Shown here one piece after another: positions 8,447-19,598 of a DNA stretch of 64,000 nt. How positions within the stretch are numbered: the first letter of the stretch is position 1; every line of letters begins with the position of its first letter. The notes below the pieces were generated by a model. The model saw only the letters and a list, made by a program, of their open reading frames with translations, was not told the origin of the DNA and did not search any database. A program made the translations under genes and the position numbers. Origin of the DNA: an uncultured delta proteobacterium (GTDB taxonomy: Bacteria > Desulfobacterota > Syntrophia > Syntrophales > Smithellaceae); the NCBI GenBank assembly GCA_963753975.1, contig CAVWEH010000002.1, forward strand, positions 192,001 to 256,000, given 5' to 3'.

Positions 8447-9403
8447 TTACAGCCCGTCGTCGGATAATTGCTTGATTAATTTCGCCTGACGCTCGGAAAG
8501 TTTGCTGGGAACTTCAATATTGATTTTTACGTATTGATCTCCCTTGCCGCCGCCTTTAAGTCCCGGAACACCGTAGCCCTTCATTCTTATCTTCGTGTTG
8601 TTTTGCGTGCCGGGACCTAGTTTCAGCCTTTTTGTGGCACCGTCCAAAGTAGGAACATCAATAGTTGTTCCCAACGCGGCCTGGGTAAATTTGACGGTTT
8701 TTTCGACGTACAAGTCATTACCGTCGCGGGAAAAGATGGGATGAGGCAAGACACTGATATTTAAATATAAATCACCACTAGGACCGCCATTGTGGCCGGA
8801 AAGGCCTTTACCGGGTAATCTTAGCTTTTTGCCGGTGCTGATTCCGGGCGGTATTTTAACACTTATATCTTCAATACGATTTTCGAGCTGAAAAGAGATC
8901 TTTTTGTCGGCGCCAAATACTGATTCCTCCAAAGAAATTGACAAGTTATACTCGGCATCCTGACCTTTTTGCGGCATGTTGGCGTATTGCCGGCCACCAC
9001 CCATAGAGCCAAATAGACCGGCAAAGGGATCGTCATAATCCTCTCCGCCTGTTCCTCCCCTTCTGGTCGTGCGAAATGTAGTTCTGCCTCCGCCTCTCGC
9101 CCCGCCAAAACCGAAACTGCGTAGTATTTCATCCAGATCGAAGCCGCGGAAAATATCTTCCTGTGAATACTGCTGGCGATATTGGTCGGCCGAACCGAAG
9201 GTATCGTATTCCTGGCGTTTTTTGGGGTCGCTTAAAACTGCGTAAGCTTCGCTTATTTTTTTGAATTTTTCTTCAGACGCTTTTTTATTAGTGGGATTCT
9301 TATCCGGATGCCATTTGACGGCCAACTTACGGTAGGCTTTTTTAATTTCATCAGCGGAGGCCTTTTTATCGACCCCTAAAACCTGATAGTAATCTTCTGC
9401 CAT
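8447..9403 (-). CDS. DnaJ-class chaperone without zinc finger (CbpA-like)
   Basis: J domain with HPD, G/F-rich linker, DnaJ C-terminal domain, no CxxCxGxG repeats. Confidence 0.92.
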   Translation of the reverse strand: MAEDYYQVLGVDKKASADEIKKAYRKLAVKWHPDKNPTNKKASEEKFKKISEAYAVLSDPKKRQEYDTFGSADQYRQQYSQEDIFRGFDLDEILRSFGFGGARGGGRTTFRTTRRGGTGGEDYDDPFAGLFGSMGGGRQYANMPQKGQDAEYNLSISLEESVFGADKKISFQLENRIEDISVKIPPGISTGKKLRLPGKGLSGHNGGPSGDLYLNISVLPHPIFSRDGNDLYVEKTVKFTQAALGTTIDVPTLDGATKRLKLGPGTQNNTKIRMKGYGVPGLKGGGKGDQYVKINIEVPSKLSERQAKLIKQLSDDGL

Positions 9404-9452
9404 AGATTGGTATACCTAAAATGTTATAATTAAATGTATTCGACTTGTTAAT

Positions 9453-10038
9453 TTAGGCACTAATTCCCATTTGAAAAGCCGCTAAATTCATTTTTATTAA
9501 CTTTTCCGGAAATAATTTCTTAATAGTTTTTTCCCAAGTAGTTGAATTTATTTCCATTAAATTGGAAGCGACGCCCAAGAGGACGACGTTAGCAGCTTTG
9601 ACGTTTCCCGACTTCTGGGCGAGCTCAGCGGCAGTCGATTTCTTTGACGGATTTGTACCGCTCCTTTAAAAACTTAATAATATCCTTTGGATAAGGCAAA
9701 TCTCCCATATTTACTGCCGGGGGATAAATTTTTTCGCTGTTTACGATAATCGAAGCATCTTTTTTCAAATAATTCAGATAACGCAGGGTTTCCATTTTTT
9801 CAAAAGCTATAAGAATATCAACACTTTCAGGCTTAGCCAAAGGAGAATAAACCTTGCTTCCATAACGGACATGGCTGGTAACACAGCCACCGCGCTGAGC
9901 CATTCCGTGGACTTCGCTCTTTTTGACATCAAAGCCGGCATCCATTAGTGCCTCGCACATGATGTCGCTCGCTCTTATAATTCCTTGCCCGCCGACGCCG
10001 GCCAACAATATGCTTTTTGTTTTAATATTATCCGTCAT
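9453..10038 (-). CDS. iorB: Indolepyruvate:ferredoxin oxidoreductase beta subunit (two apparent frameshifts near 9630 and 9550)
   Basis: GVGGQG and SEVHGMAQRGG; the C-terminal part (AELAQKSGNVKAANVVLLG...MNLAAFQMG) continues in other frames to a stop at 9453. Confidence 0.88.
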
Positions 10039-10053
10039 AACTTCTTGTATACA

Positions 10054-11814
10054 TTAGCTTATCGCTTCAGATTTGCATATCTGCATGCATAAACCGCAGC
10101 CGTTACAGAGATTTTGATCAATTATCGCTATCCCTTCCCTCTTCGAACCTTCTTTTTTCTCAACTTTTTGCCAGGAAATAGGCGGGCAACCAAGCCCGAG
10201 GCATACTCGACAGCCGGTGCATTTGTCAGGATCTATTTGCAGTGACTTTTGATTCTTTGTTTTTGCCCTTTTAAACAAAACACAGGGACGCTGAGATATG
10301 ATTACAGAGGGGCCGTCCTTAGCCAACTCTTCTTTTATGACGTTTCTTGTTTCTTTAAGATCATACGGATCGATAATCTTTATATTTTCAATTCCTAGAG
10401 CAGAAACTAAAACCTTTAGATTAAGCTGTTTTGTCTTCTCTCCTAAGAGCGTATAGCCTGTTCCCGGATGTTCCTGCATGCCGGTCATGGCTGTTGTACT
10501 GTTATCGCAAATAATGATTAAGGCGTTGCTCTTATTATAAGCCATATTCAAGAGTGGCGTTATGCCGGAGTGAATAAAAGTAGAATCGCCGATTACGCCC
10601 ACAATCTTCCCCTTCCCTTTTTCTTTAAGGGCTTTGCTCATTCCATGGGCCATGCCGATGCTTGCCCCCATGCAAATGCAGGAATGCAAACCTTCCAGTG
10701 GTTTCATAAAGGAAAGAGTGTAACAGCCGATATCGCCAGTAACAAAAACCTTTAGTTTGCCCAAAACATAAAACAAACCGCGGTGCGGACAACCCGGACA
10801 AAGATTAGGCGGACGCGATGGAATATTATGCACAGAAGTGATTGACGGCTTAGCTGACTTATTAATCGCATCTTCGATAATCCCGGGATCAAATTCATTC
10901 GTATAAGGAAAGATTTCCTTGCCGACTACTTTGATACCCATCGCCTTGATTTGCTCTTCTAAAAAGGGATCAAGTTCTTCGACGACGAATATCTTTTTAA
11001 CCTTGGCCGCGAATTTGCGGATTAATTTTTCCGGTAAAGGATAAACCATCCCCAATTTTAAATATGAATAATTAGGAAAAACATCCTTGGCATACTGATA
11101 AGGCATTCCCGCCGTGATAATGCCGACGTCCGGATCATTAATTTCCATTTTATTTTCGTTGAATGTTTCCGCAAATTCTTTTAGCTTAACTAAGCGCTTT
11201 TCCACTTCAATGCGCCTTAAGCGTGCTAAAGCAGGCACCATAACGAATTTTTCCGGTTTATATGTAATCGCAGTCTTATCTTGATACGGTAAAGGCTCTT
11301 CGAGAGAAACAAGTGATTTGGAGTGTGAAACCCGGGTTGTGGAGCGCAGGAAAACCGGCGTATCGAATTTTTCACTAATGTCGAAAGCCAGCTTAATGAA
11401 TTCCTTGGCTTCCTGCGCGTCTGCCGGCTCCAGCATGGGAATTTTGGCAAACTTGGCGTAATTGCGATTGTCCTGTTCGTTTTGTGAGCTATGTAACGAA
11501 GGATCGTCGGCGCTGACAATGACCAGTGCGCCGTTGGTGCCGGTATAACTCACGGTAAAAATGGGATCGGCGGCCACATTAACACCGACGTGTTTCATGA
11601 CGGCCAGTGCTTTTTCTCCGGCCAGGGCGGCGCCAATGGCAACTTCTACGGCAACTTTTTCATTGGGCGACCATTCCGCATAGACTCCTTCGTATTTGGA
11701 AAATTCTTCCAAAATTTCCGTACTGGGAGTCCCCGGATAAGCCGCGGCAAACCGGACACCCGCCTCATAAACACCACGGGCAATCGCTTCGTTCCCTGAC
11801 ATTAATACTTTCAA
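10054..11814 (-). CDS. iorA: Indolepyruvate:ferredoxin oxidoreductase alpha subunit
   Basis: YPGTPSTE, MKHVGVNVAAD, CPGCPHR, GDIGCY, GDSTF TPP motif, two 4Fe-4S motifs. Confidence 0.96.
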   Translation of the reverse strand: MKVLMSGNEAIARGVYEAGVRFAAAYPGTPSTEILEEFSKYEGVYAEWSPNEKVAVEVAIGAALAGEKALAVMKHVGVNVAADPIFTVSYTGTNGALVIVSADDPSLHSSQNEQDNRNYAKFAKIPMLEPADAQEAKEFIKLAFDISEKFDTPVFLRSTTRVSHSKSLVSLEEPLPYQDKTAITYKPEKFVMVPALARLRRIEVEKRLVKLKEFAETFNENKMEINDPDVGIITAGMPYQYAKDVFPNYSYLKLGMVYPLPEKLIRKFAAKVKKIFVVEELDPFLEEQIKAMGIKVVGKEIFPYTNEFDPGIIEDAINKSAKPSITSVHNIPSRPPNLCPGCPHRGLFYVLGKLKVFVTGDIGCYTLSFMKPLEGLHSCICMGASIGMAHGMSKALKEKGKGKIVGVIGDSTFIHSGITPLLNMAYNKSNALIIICDNSTTAMTGMQEHPGTGYTLLGEKTKQLNLKVLVSALGIENIKIIDPYDLKETRNVIKEELAKDGPSVIISQRPCVLFKRAKTKNQKSLQIDPDKCTGCRVCLGLGCPPISWQKVEKKEGSKREGIAIIDQNLCNGCGLCMQICKSEAIS

Positions 11815-11837
11815 AAGTTTAATTCTCCGGATCAGTT

Positions 11838-12518
11838 TTAGCTGAGAGATGATATTTTGCGCTTAATGAAAAGAGCCATGGAAGGATCCAAGGTTTTTAC
11901 CAAGGCGTTTTGATAATTCTCCAAAGCTTTCTTTTTATCGTTTAATTCCTCATAAATTCGAGCGATGTTGCGGTAACCGATCGCTTCAAAACCGGTATTG
12001 TTGCTTTTTTGCGCTTCCTCAAAATAATTGAGTGCGGATTTAAAATCTTTCTTCTCTTCATAACAATATCCCAATGACGTTAAAGCGAGAAACTTAATTC
12101 CGGCGTCATCAGATTTTGTGGAAGATACAAATTTTTTATAACTATCGGTAGCTTTATCCAAATCACCTGAATTATAATAAATATTACCCATGTGATAATA
12201 GGCCATCCGCGCGCTCCAGCTATGCGGGTATTTATCAATCAATTCCTGGAAAATTTTCATGCTTTCCTGGACAGCCTCAGAAGTTTCTCCGCTTCGGAGC
12301 ATACCCGCCTGAGCCTTGGCGTATATTTGTGCCGCAGTTGTTTGATAATTATTCCAGTAGAGATAAATACCGAACGCAATAACAATAGTTAAAATTACCG
12401 TAGCCGCAATAGCAAAGAAACGAATCGTGTTTTCGGAAATATAATCAAAGATTTTTTCGAAGCTGGATTGAAAAACATCGGGTTCTTTCAATTGTTTTTT
12501 GGATAGTTTTGCTGCCAT
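11838..12518 (-). CDS. Membrane-anchored TPR protein (YfgM-like)
   Basis: N-terminal TM followed by TPR repeats. Confidence 0.8.
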   Translation of the reverse strand: MAAKLSKKQLKEPDVFQSSFEKIFDYISENTIRFFAIAATVILTIVIAFGIYLYWNNYQTTAAQIYAKAQAGMLRSGETSEAVQESMKIFQELIDKYPHSWSARMAYYHMGNIYYNSGDLDKATDSYKKFVSSTKSDDAGIKFLALTSLGYCYEEKKDFKSALNYFEEAQKSNNTGFEAIGYRNIARIYEELNDKKKALENYQNALVKTLDPSMALFIKRKISSLS

Positions 12519-12519
12519 A

Positions 12520-12939
12520 TTATTCCCCTTTAATATTATATTTATTTAATAATTCAAGAATTTGCCGCGGAATTCTACGTATCTTTCCCTCCCCATTTAT
12601 GCAGGCATGAACAGTATAACCTTCCACGAGAAGATTTTTCCTGTCTTCATCCCAAATATAAGAATTAAATCTCATGCTCGCTCTTTTTATATAATCTATT
12701 TTAGTTTCAATTGTAAGAACATTGTCGTATTTTGCCGGTAAAAGATAGTGGCAGTTGACTTTTGTTAACGGAAGATTAAAGCCGAGGTGTTCCATTTCTT
12801 TATAGGCAATTCCCAATTGCCGCATCAATTCATTGCGGCCGACTTCGAACCATCTGATATAATTAGTGTGATATACTATGCCCATAGCGTCCGTATCGGC
12901 GTATATCACTCTAATTTTTGTTATGTTGTTGACCGACAA
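12520..12939 (-). CDS. Acyl-CoA thioesterase (YbgC/4HBT family)
   Basis: RV.YADTDAMGIVYHTNY.RWFEVGR. Confidence 0.9.
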   Translation of the reverse strand: MSVNNITKIRVIYADTDAMGIVYHTNYIRWFEVGRNELMRQLGIAYKEMEHLGFNLPLTKVNCHYLLPAKYDNVLTIETKIDYIKRASMRFNSYIWDEDRKNLLVEGYTVHACINGEGKIRRIPRQILELLNKYNIKGE

Positions 12940-14152
12940 ACCCTCTCCAATTCTTGATGAAATATTCCATTAATAAATAGCCGGGGGAAATTAAAATGGA
13001 GCTCTCTTTAGCCGCTATTTCATTGAAGGGCAAACCGGAAGCTTTGTTTTCAGATTTCTCCGAAGATAGAACCGCAAAGGGACTGGGATCGCTGACATGA
13101 GTTTTTAAATCCAGCGGTGTCGGATGATCGCTCAGAACAAGAACGCGATAATCACCGAAAGCTCCGATGTTATTTAAAATAGGTCCCACAATTTTTTCAT
13201 CAAAGAATTCAATTGCCTGAATTTTTCCGGCGGCGTTGCCTTCATGCCCCATTTCATCGGGAGCCTCCAGATGAACAAAGATGAAATCCATAAAATGCAG
13301 CGCATCCAAAGCCGTTTCGGCTTTGCCTTGATAATTTGTATCTATATAACCTGTCGCCCCTTCCACGGGAAGGACTTTTAGTCCGGCGATAATACCTATT
13401 CCTTTAAGCAAATCAACAGCGGAAATCATTCCGCCCTGCAAATTATATTTATGCGCCAGCGAAGTTAGTTGAGGCTTTCGTCCCTGACCCCAAAGCCAAA
13501 CGGAATTAGCCTGTTTCTTGCCTGCTTGCTGTCTTTGCGCGTTAATCGGATGGCTCATTAGAATTTCTCCCGCTTTCTGCATAAGTGAATTAATCTCTTC
13601 GGCAGAACTTCCCTGCGGAAGGTAGGAGGCAATCTCTTTTCCTGTTATATCATGCGGCGGAGTTGTTTCCGGAGAAGAAGAAACGTTGCGGCAAACACAT
13701 AAATGACGGTAACCCACGCCGGGGTAAAATTGAAATTGATCCGATCCGATTTGCTTATTGATATCGAGGATGATTTCTCTCGCCTCAGCCGTGGAGATAT
13801 GGCCGGCAGTAAAATCTTCCATGAATGCATGGGGAGAATTTTTTCCGCCGATAGTTACCAGATTGCACCGATAAGCTATATCGCTGGGCCCGAGATTTAT
13901 TCCCATGCTGGCCGCTTCCAACGGCCCTCGGCCGGTATAAGTATGCACGGGATCATAACCCAGAACGCTCAAGGTGGCCACATCACTGCCGGGGTTTAAA
14001 CCGGTAGGAATTGTATCCACCAGGCCCAGAGTGCCTTCCGCGGCAATCTGGTCCAGGTACGGTGTAAAGGCGCGCTGCAAAGGCGTTTTTCCTCCCAGCA
14101 GATTTGTCGGATAGTCGGCCATACCATCGCCGAGTAATATCACATATTTCAT
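12911..14152 (-). CDS. Cofactor-independent phosphoglycerate mutase family protein (ApgM type; also proposed as homoserine kinase when next to hom)
   Basis: GDGMAD, PGSDVA, HLEAPDEMGH and SDHPTP motifs. Confidence 0.9.
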   Translation of the reverse strand: MKYVILLGDGMADYPTNLLGGKTPLQRAFTPYLDQIAAEGTLGLVDTIPTGLNPGSDVATLSVLGYDPVHTYTGRGPLEAASMGINLGPSDIAYRCNLVTIGGKNSPHAFMEDFTAGHISTAEAREIILDINKQIGSDQFQFYPGVGYRHLCVCRNVSSSPETTPPHDITGKEIASYLPQGSSAEEINSLMQKAGEILMSHPINAQRQQAGKKQANSVWLWGQGRKPQLTSLAHKYNLQGGMISAVDLLKGIGIIAGLKVLPVEGATGYIDTNYQGKAETALDALHFMDFIFVHLEAPDEMGHEGNAAGKIQAIEFFDEKIVGPILNNIGAFGDYRVLVLSDHPTPLDLKTHVSDPSPFAVLSSEKSENKASGLPFNEIAAKESSILISPGYLLMEYFIKNWRGFVGQQHNKN

Positions 14153-14183
14153 GTTAACGTTTCTATCTTCGCTATGAAAAATC

Positions 14184-15497
14184 TTAATTTAGCTCATCCT
14201 CAATTCTGATCAAAATTGTTTTATCCAGTACAATATCAAGTTTGTCTATTTTTTTCAGCGCCTCACGTACATTCTTTTCTTTGGCTTTATAAGTTGTCAT
14301 GACTATGGGCACGGCGCTGTTTTCTATTCTCGCTTTTTGAATTACTGTGGCAATACTGATATTATTCTCGCCCAGTATGCCGGATATCTTAGAGAGAACA
14401 CCGGGCCTATCAACAACGGAGAAACGGAAGTAATACTTTGTTTCGATTTCATCCATGGGTTTGAGTTTTAAATCTCCCATGGCTGCTTCGCTGATTGATC
14501 TAAGCGGCGTCCGGCCGGAGATGCCTTTTAAAATATTACGGGCACTATCAATTATATCGCTGAAAACGGCGCTCGCCGTCGGCATCATCCCCGAACCTTG
14601 TCCGAAAAGAAAAACCGGACCGGAGGCATCCCCCACGATATGGAAGGCATTATAATTTTGATTGACGTTGGCCAGAAGATGCCCGGAAGGAATCATCGTC
14701 GGATGAATTCTTGCTTCGACAACGTAATTTTTCAAAATGGCAATAGCCAAAAGTTTTATCCGGTAACCTAATTCTTTGGCAAAGGCAATATCTTCACCGC
14801 TGATTTTGGTTATGCCTTCGCAATAAATATCCTTTAAACTGACTTTTTCCCCGTAGGCTAGCGATAGCGTTATAGCCAGCTTATGGGCGGTATCTATCCC
14901 CTCAACATCAAAAGTGGGATCCGCCTCAGCGAAACCCAGAGCTTGCGCTTCTTTCAAAACAACGTCGAATTTCTTATCTTCATCGGTCATCTTGGTCAAA
15001 ATGAAATTGGCAGTGCCGTTTATAATACTCAAAATCGAATTGATTTTATTGGCTGCGAGACTCTCTTTCAAAGTTTTGATAATCGGAATAGTGCCGCCGA
15101 CGCTGGCTTCAAAGCCGATATCAATGCCTTTTTGCTCGGCTGCCGCAAATATTTCGTTGCCGTGAGTGGCCAGAAGCGCTTTATTGGCGGTGACAATATG
15201 TTTGCCCTGAGCAATGGCCTCTAAAAGAAACGTCCGCGCCGGTTCATAGCCGCCCATGAGTTCAATGATGATGGAAATATCTTTATCGTTGATTATTTCT
15301 CCGGCATCGGTAGTCAACTGATATTTATCAAGTTTAACCGACCGCGGTGAGGTAATATCGATATCGGCGATTTTCTTTAAAACAAGCTTCGTGCCCAGCT
15401 TTCTCGTAATCAGCTCTTCGTTTTGCTGCAGCAGTTTGACAACGCCGGTCCCAATATTCCCCAAGCCGATTAACCCGATATTAATATTTTTCATCAC
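14184..15497 (-). CDS. hom: Homoserine dehydrogenase with ACT domain
   Basis: GLGNIG, VTANKA, EASVGG, GFAEADPTFDVEG, C-terminal DRPGVL ACT domain. Confidence 0.96.
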   Translation of the reverse strand: MMKNINIGLIGLGNIGTGVVKLLQQNEELITRKLGTKLVLKKIADIDITSPRSVKLDKYQLTTDAGEIINDKDISIIIELMGGYEPARTFLLEAIAQGKHIVTANKALLATHGNEIFAAAEQKGIDIGFEASVGGTIPIIKTLKESLAANKINSILSIINGTANFILTKMTDEDKKFDVVLKEAQALGFAEADPTFDVEGIDTAHKLAITLSLAYGEKVSLKDIYCEGITKISGEDIAFAKELGYRIKLLAIAILKNYVVEARIHPTMIPSGHLLANVNQNYNAFHIVGDASGPVFLFGQGSGMMPTASAVFSDIIDSARNILKGISGRTPLRSISEAAMGDLKLKPMDEIETKYYFRFSVVDRPGVLSKISGILGENNISIATVIQKARIENSAVPIVMTTYKAKEKNVREALKKIDKLDIVLDKTILIRIEDELN

Positions 15498-15743
15498 ATT
15501 TACCTAAATTCGCCTGAATTTTTATGTATTTGTTCATTTTAGGAAAACAATTGCGAATGTTTTTTCTATAACAAATATAGCCCTTTTGTCAAATAGTTAT
15601 AAGTCAATGAGACTTGGGTTTTTTGCGGCGAAGCCACGAAAAGGCCCTCATCTAATTGACCTTGAGCGAGTGAAACTAGTCGAGGGGTCTTTGTCCTGAT
15701 TATATGTAAACAAAGGAAAGCGATTTTGACGGCTAAGAATCTT

Positions 15744-16157
15744 CTATTTAACTGTTATCGGCTTATCCGCAACGCCCGCGTAAAAAACGATAATTTCTGC
15801 CGTTTTAGTGCCTTCGTTTTTTCCGTAATGAGCTTTATTTACAACTTCCACAATTGAGTCTCCGGCTTTGAGGTGCAGTGTTTTTTTATCTTTGGCTACA
15901 ACAGTCAGTTCTCCGCTTAACAAAACTCCGGCGTTGGTTACCGGATGTTCATGCATCGGTAGTTCCGCCCCCGCGGGAATCCTTATTCTCAGAATGGTAA
16001 TCTCCGGCTTACCTTTCGGATAATTCGGAAGAACTTTTCCGTCCCAGCTTGAGCTGGTTTTTGTCAGTATCTCAACAACTACATTCTTTGAATCATCAGC
16101 CGAAACATTGATTAAGAGAAAGAATACGATACATATTCCAAAAATTATTTTTTTCAT
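15744..16157 (-). CDS. Secreted cupin-domain protein
   Basis: Signal peptide, PMHEHP, VLLSGEL, H.G.N.G. Confidence 0.82.
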   Translation of the reverse strand: MKKIIFGICIVFFLLINVSADDSKNVVVEILTKTSSSWDGKVLPNYPKGKPEITILRIRIPAGAELPMHEHPVTNAGVLLSGELTVVAKDKKTLHLKAGDSIVEVVNKAHYGKNEGTKTAEIIVFYAGVADKPITVK

Positions 16158-16227
16158 TCCATATTTCTCCTTCGCTCTCGCTGGAAATAATCAGCCGGAG
16201 CGCAGCAAAATGCATGACGATTACATC

Positions 16228-16761
16228 CTATTGTTGCTTAGAGATAATTTTATGAGCTTTCCGGCGGCGGGTCGTTTTCTTACGAATATCAGTAGAGAGT
16301 ACGCTTATATTCCCATCAACCTCGAGCACCGCTAAGTCTACCTCTGATACCGAAGCAATGCCATGCTCACGAATCACTTCCATGAGTTCATCTTCGGTGA
16401 TCCCGGCGCTCTTCAGATGTGAAGACAATATTTTCCCATTGAACACCAGCATGATGGCTTCACCCTGGATTGCCTTGCCGAACTGCGGAAAGCGGAATTG
16501 CAATTTTTTGAGAATGTAATTGACCACAAACAAAGAAGCTGCGGCGACGAGACCGCCGAGAAGAGTCGAATCGGGGCCGACCATCGCGTTTTGTACCGCA
16601 TTGCTGATCAGCAGGATAAATACCAGGTCATAAACGGAGAGCTGCGCCAGCTCCTTCTTTCCAAAGAAACGAATGCTCAGAATGATAAAAAAATAAACCA
16701 CAACAGAGCTGAAGATGATCCGGAAGTAGTTATTTTGGAAAATATCCATCATAAAATTCAC
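16228..16761 (-). CDS. DUF421 (YetF-like) membrane protein
   Basis: R.FGKKELAQLS..D and AVLEVDG.ISV motifs. Confidence 0.88.
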   Translation of the reverse strand: MNFMMDIFQNNYFRIIFSSVVVYFFIILSIRFFGKKELAQLSVYDLVFILLISNAVQNAMVGPDSTLLGGLVAAASLFVVNYILKKLQFRFPQFGKAIQGEAIMLVFNGKILSSHLKSAGITEDELMEVIREHGIASVSEVDLAVLEVDGNISVLSTDIRKKTTRRRKAHKIISKQQ

Positions 16762-16968
16762 TTACAGAGTCTATCATATTTTGAGTTGAGAATAAATTTC
16801 ATTATGCAGAGGTGTGGGAATGTTCAAGTCTTTCCCCGATTTTATAATGTAGTTGGTAAAAATGTCAATCTCCGTGTCCTTGCGCCGCTCTATGTTGACC
16901 TGCATCAAAGTTTTTGCGCCATAGGCAAAGCGATCTATGTAAGACTATGCCTAGCCTATTCTCATTCC

Positions 16969-19428
16969 TTATCCCGTTCTGGCTAAATCGAGCTTCCCCT
17001 GCCATTTCCAAAGTAACGTTTCTTTCAAAATTAAGTGTTCCGGTTTTTCTAAGAACGGGTCGCCAGCAGCCAATTGGAACGCGTCTTCCTTGGCATCGTT
17101 TAAAATACGGGCGTCGCGGATAATGCTCGCAATCCGAAAATCGGGCAGGCCGGATTGTCGTGTGCCCAAAAAATCACCGGGACCGCGAATGGCCAAGTCT
17201 TCTTCGGCAATGGCAAAACCATCGGTAGTTTTTTCCATTACTCTTAACCTCTTGCGGGCATCTGGCGAAGATGCGTAATTGGCGAGCAAAACACAGGTGG
17301 AAGCGATTTCCCTTCTCCCGACACGTCCACGCAACTGGTGCAGCTGCGAAAGGCCGAATCGTTCCGCGTGTTCGATAACCATCAGCGATGCCTGCGGCAC
17401 ATCAATTCCCACTTCGATTACTGTTGTGGACACAAGGATATTGATCTTATTGGCTAGAAATTCTTTCATAACGGTATCCTTTTGTTTTTCCTTCATCTTG
17501 CCGTGAATAAGACCAACTTTATAATCAGGGAAAATATCTCGCTGCAGATGCGCCGCCATATTAGTCGCATCTTTCAAGTCGAGATTTTCCGATTGTTCGA
17601 CTAAAGGATAAACGATAAAAGCCTGATGACCTTTGATCAGTTCTTCGCTGATTAACTTATAAACATTGCTTCTTTTATTTTCGCCCACAAGAAAAGTGTG
17701 AACAGGTTTCTTTCCTGAGGGCATTTCATCTATTACGGAGACGTCCAGGTCGCCGTAAACCGTCATGGCCAATGTCCGCGGAATGGGCGTTGCCGTCATG
17801 ACTAATACATCTGCGTTAATTCCCTTGCCCCGCAAAGTTGCCCTCTGCATGACGCCGAAACGGTGCTGTTCATCGATAACAACCAGACCCAGCCTATGAA
17901 AATCAACTCCTTCCGAAATTAGCGCATGCGTGCCGATGACAATATTGGCCTCTCCGCTCATTATTTTATCCAATGCCTCTTTCTTTTGAATTGTGTTGAT
18001 GCCGCCGATTAGCAAAACCGTTTTTAGCCCCAACGCGGATGCCCAATTCTGAATATTCTGATAATGCTGTTGTGCCAATATTTCGGTCGGTGCCATTATC
18101 GCCGCCTGATATGAATTCTCGCAAGCAGTAACCATTGCCGCCATGGAAACGATTGTTTTCCCACTGCCGACATCACCCTGCAATAGCCTGTTCATCGCAG
18201 TTTCTTTGGCGAGGTCAGAGTGTATTTCGCCGATCACTCTTTTTTGCGCCGCCGTCAAATCAAAGGGCAGAAGCTCGAGGAATTTATTTAAAAGACTTCC
18301 CTCAATATTGAATTTAATGCCGGCATCTAAAATCCGCCCTGTTCTTTTTATGGCCATGCCCAGTTGAAAAAAGAAAAATTCATCATAAATCAATCTGTGG
18401 TGAGCAGGCGAGCTATGGGAATTATATTCCTCCAAAGATTTATCGTTCTGGGGGAAATGCACAGATCTTAACGATTCTTGAATATTCGGTAGATTGCGCT
18501 TTTCGCAGATATCCGCGGGTATTGGCGAAACAACATAGCGGGCATAATTTTCCAGCGCCTGATGCATGATTTTGCGCAGATATTTCTGGTGCAGGCCTTC
18601 GGTTTCCGAATAAATAGGCACAATTCTTTTAAAATTTAAAAGATTTTCGGTTTCATCTTCTTCCAATATTTCGTATTCGGGATGAATCATGGCTTTTCCC
18701 GCGTAATTCGGCCTTGCCTCCCCCGTAAAAATTACTCTGTTCCCTTTCTTAAAGACACCCAGGAGATAGGACATCTGACCTTTAAACCACTTCGCCGTCA
18801 AATTGGCTGTATTATCGCTGATTATAACCTCTAAAATACGTTTCTTTCCGTAGTATTTGTATTGGGCGCCGACAACGCTGCCTATCACAGTCTGAATTTT
18901 ACCCATCTCCAAGCGATTGATTTTTCTTATTTCCCGCCTATCCTCGTAAATTCTGGGTAAAAAATAAAATAAATCTTCGACTGAATTGATTTTTTTAGCT
19001 AAAAGACGCTGCGCCAATTTCGGCCCCACTCCTTTTAAATATTGAACTGGAAGCATCAGCTTGGACAGGGCATCTCTTAACTCAGATACTCTTTGTATTG
19101 TCTGTGGGTCATCAGTGTAAATTGAATGAGGTGCGGTCAAAGAATTTACGTTGGTTTTCAGTTTTCCCAATACAGCTTGCGCTTTTTCTATCGTAGTTTT
19201 TTTTAATTCCAGCTTTTGCCAATCATAATCGGAAAATAGCTTCAATAGTTCCTCAACCATATTAGAAGAATCACTATTGCCGGCCGGAAGCGAGCCCTTA
19301 AGTACGGCCAGTAAACTTAAAAGAGATTTGCCTAAATCTTTGATATGGGATAAATTTTTATAGTCATCAACGGAGGCAAAATTCAAAGGCTGTTCAATTT
19401 TCTGCAGAATCTTTTTTAGTGAATCCAT
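16969..19428 (-). CDS. recG: ATP-dependent DNA helicase RecG with N-terminal extension
   Basis: LLQGDVGSGKT, DEQHRFG, MTATPIPRT, QLHQLRGRVGR, RGPGDFLGTRQSG. Confidence 0.97.
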   Translation of the reverse strand: MDSLKKILQKIEQPLNFASVDDYKNLSHIKDLGKSLLSLLAVLKGSLPAGNSDSSNMVEELLKLFSDYDWQKLELKKTTIEKAQAVLGKLKTNVNSLTAPHSIYTDDPQTIQRVSELRDALSKLMLPVQYLKGVGPKLAQRLLAKKINSVEDLFYFLPRIYEDRREIRKINRLEMGKIQTVIGSVVGAQYKYYGKKRILEVIISDNTANLTAKWFKGQMSYLLGVFKKGNRVIFTGEARPNYAGKAMIHPEYEILEEDETENLLNFKRIVPIYSETEGLHQKYLRKIMHQALENYARYVVSPIPADICEKRNLPNIQESLRSVHFPQNDKSLEEYNSHSSPAHHRLIYDEFFFFQLGMAIKRTGRILDAGIKFNIEGSLLNKFLELLPFDLTAAQKRVIGEIHSDLAKETAMNRLLQGDVGSGKTIVSMAAMVTACENSYQAAIMAPTEILAQQHYQNIQNWASALGLKTVLLIGGINTIQKKEALDKIMSGEANIVIGTHALISEGVDFHRLGLVVIDEQHRFGVMQRATLRGKGINADVLVMTATPIPRTLAMTVYGDLDVSVIDEMPSGKKPVHTFLVGENKRSNVYKLISEELIKGHQAFIVYPLVEQSENLDLKDATNMAAHLQRDIFPDYKVGLIHGKMKEKQKDTVMKEFLANKINILVSTTVIEVGIDVPQASLMVIEHAERFGLSQLHQLRGRVGRREIASTCVLLANYASSPDARKRLRVMEKTTDGFAIAEEDLAIRGPGDFLGTRQSGLPDFRIASIIRDARILNDAKEDAFQLAAGDPFLEKPEHLILKETLLWKWQGKLDLARTG

Positions 19429-19598
19429 TGGAGTCTCCGGGCTGAAAAGTTGACAAACCTAAATCATTTCCGCCGAATTGATGTTTTTTTGTTAACAAAT
19501 ATCGTTTATTTGCGCAAGGAATGATTGACTTAAAAGGCGATTTACGTTACATGAGCGGGCATAATATTTTTAGCAAAAAATCAAATTCATAGGAGATT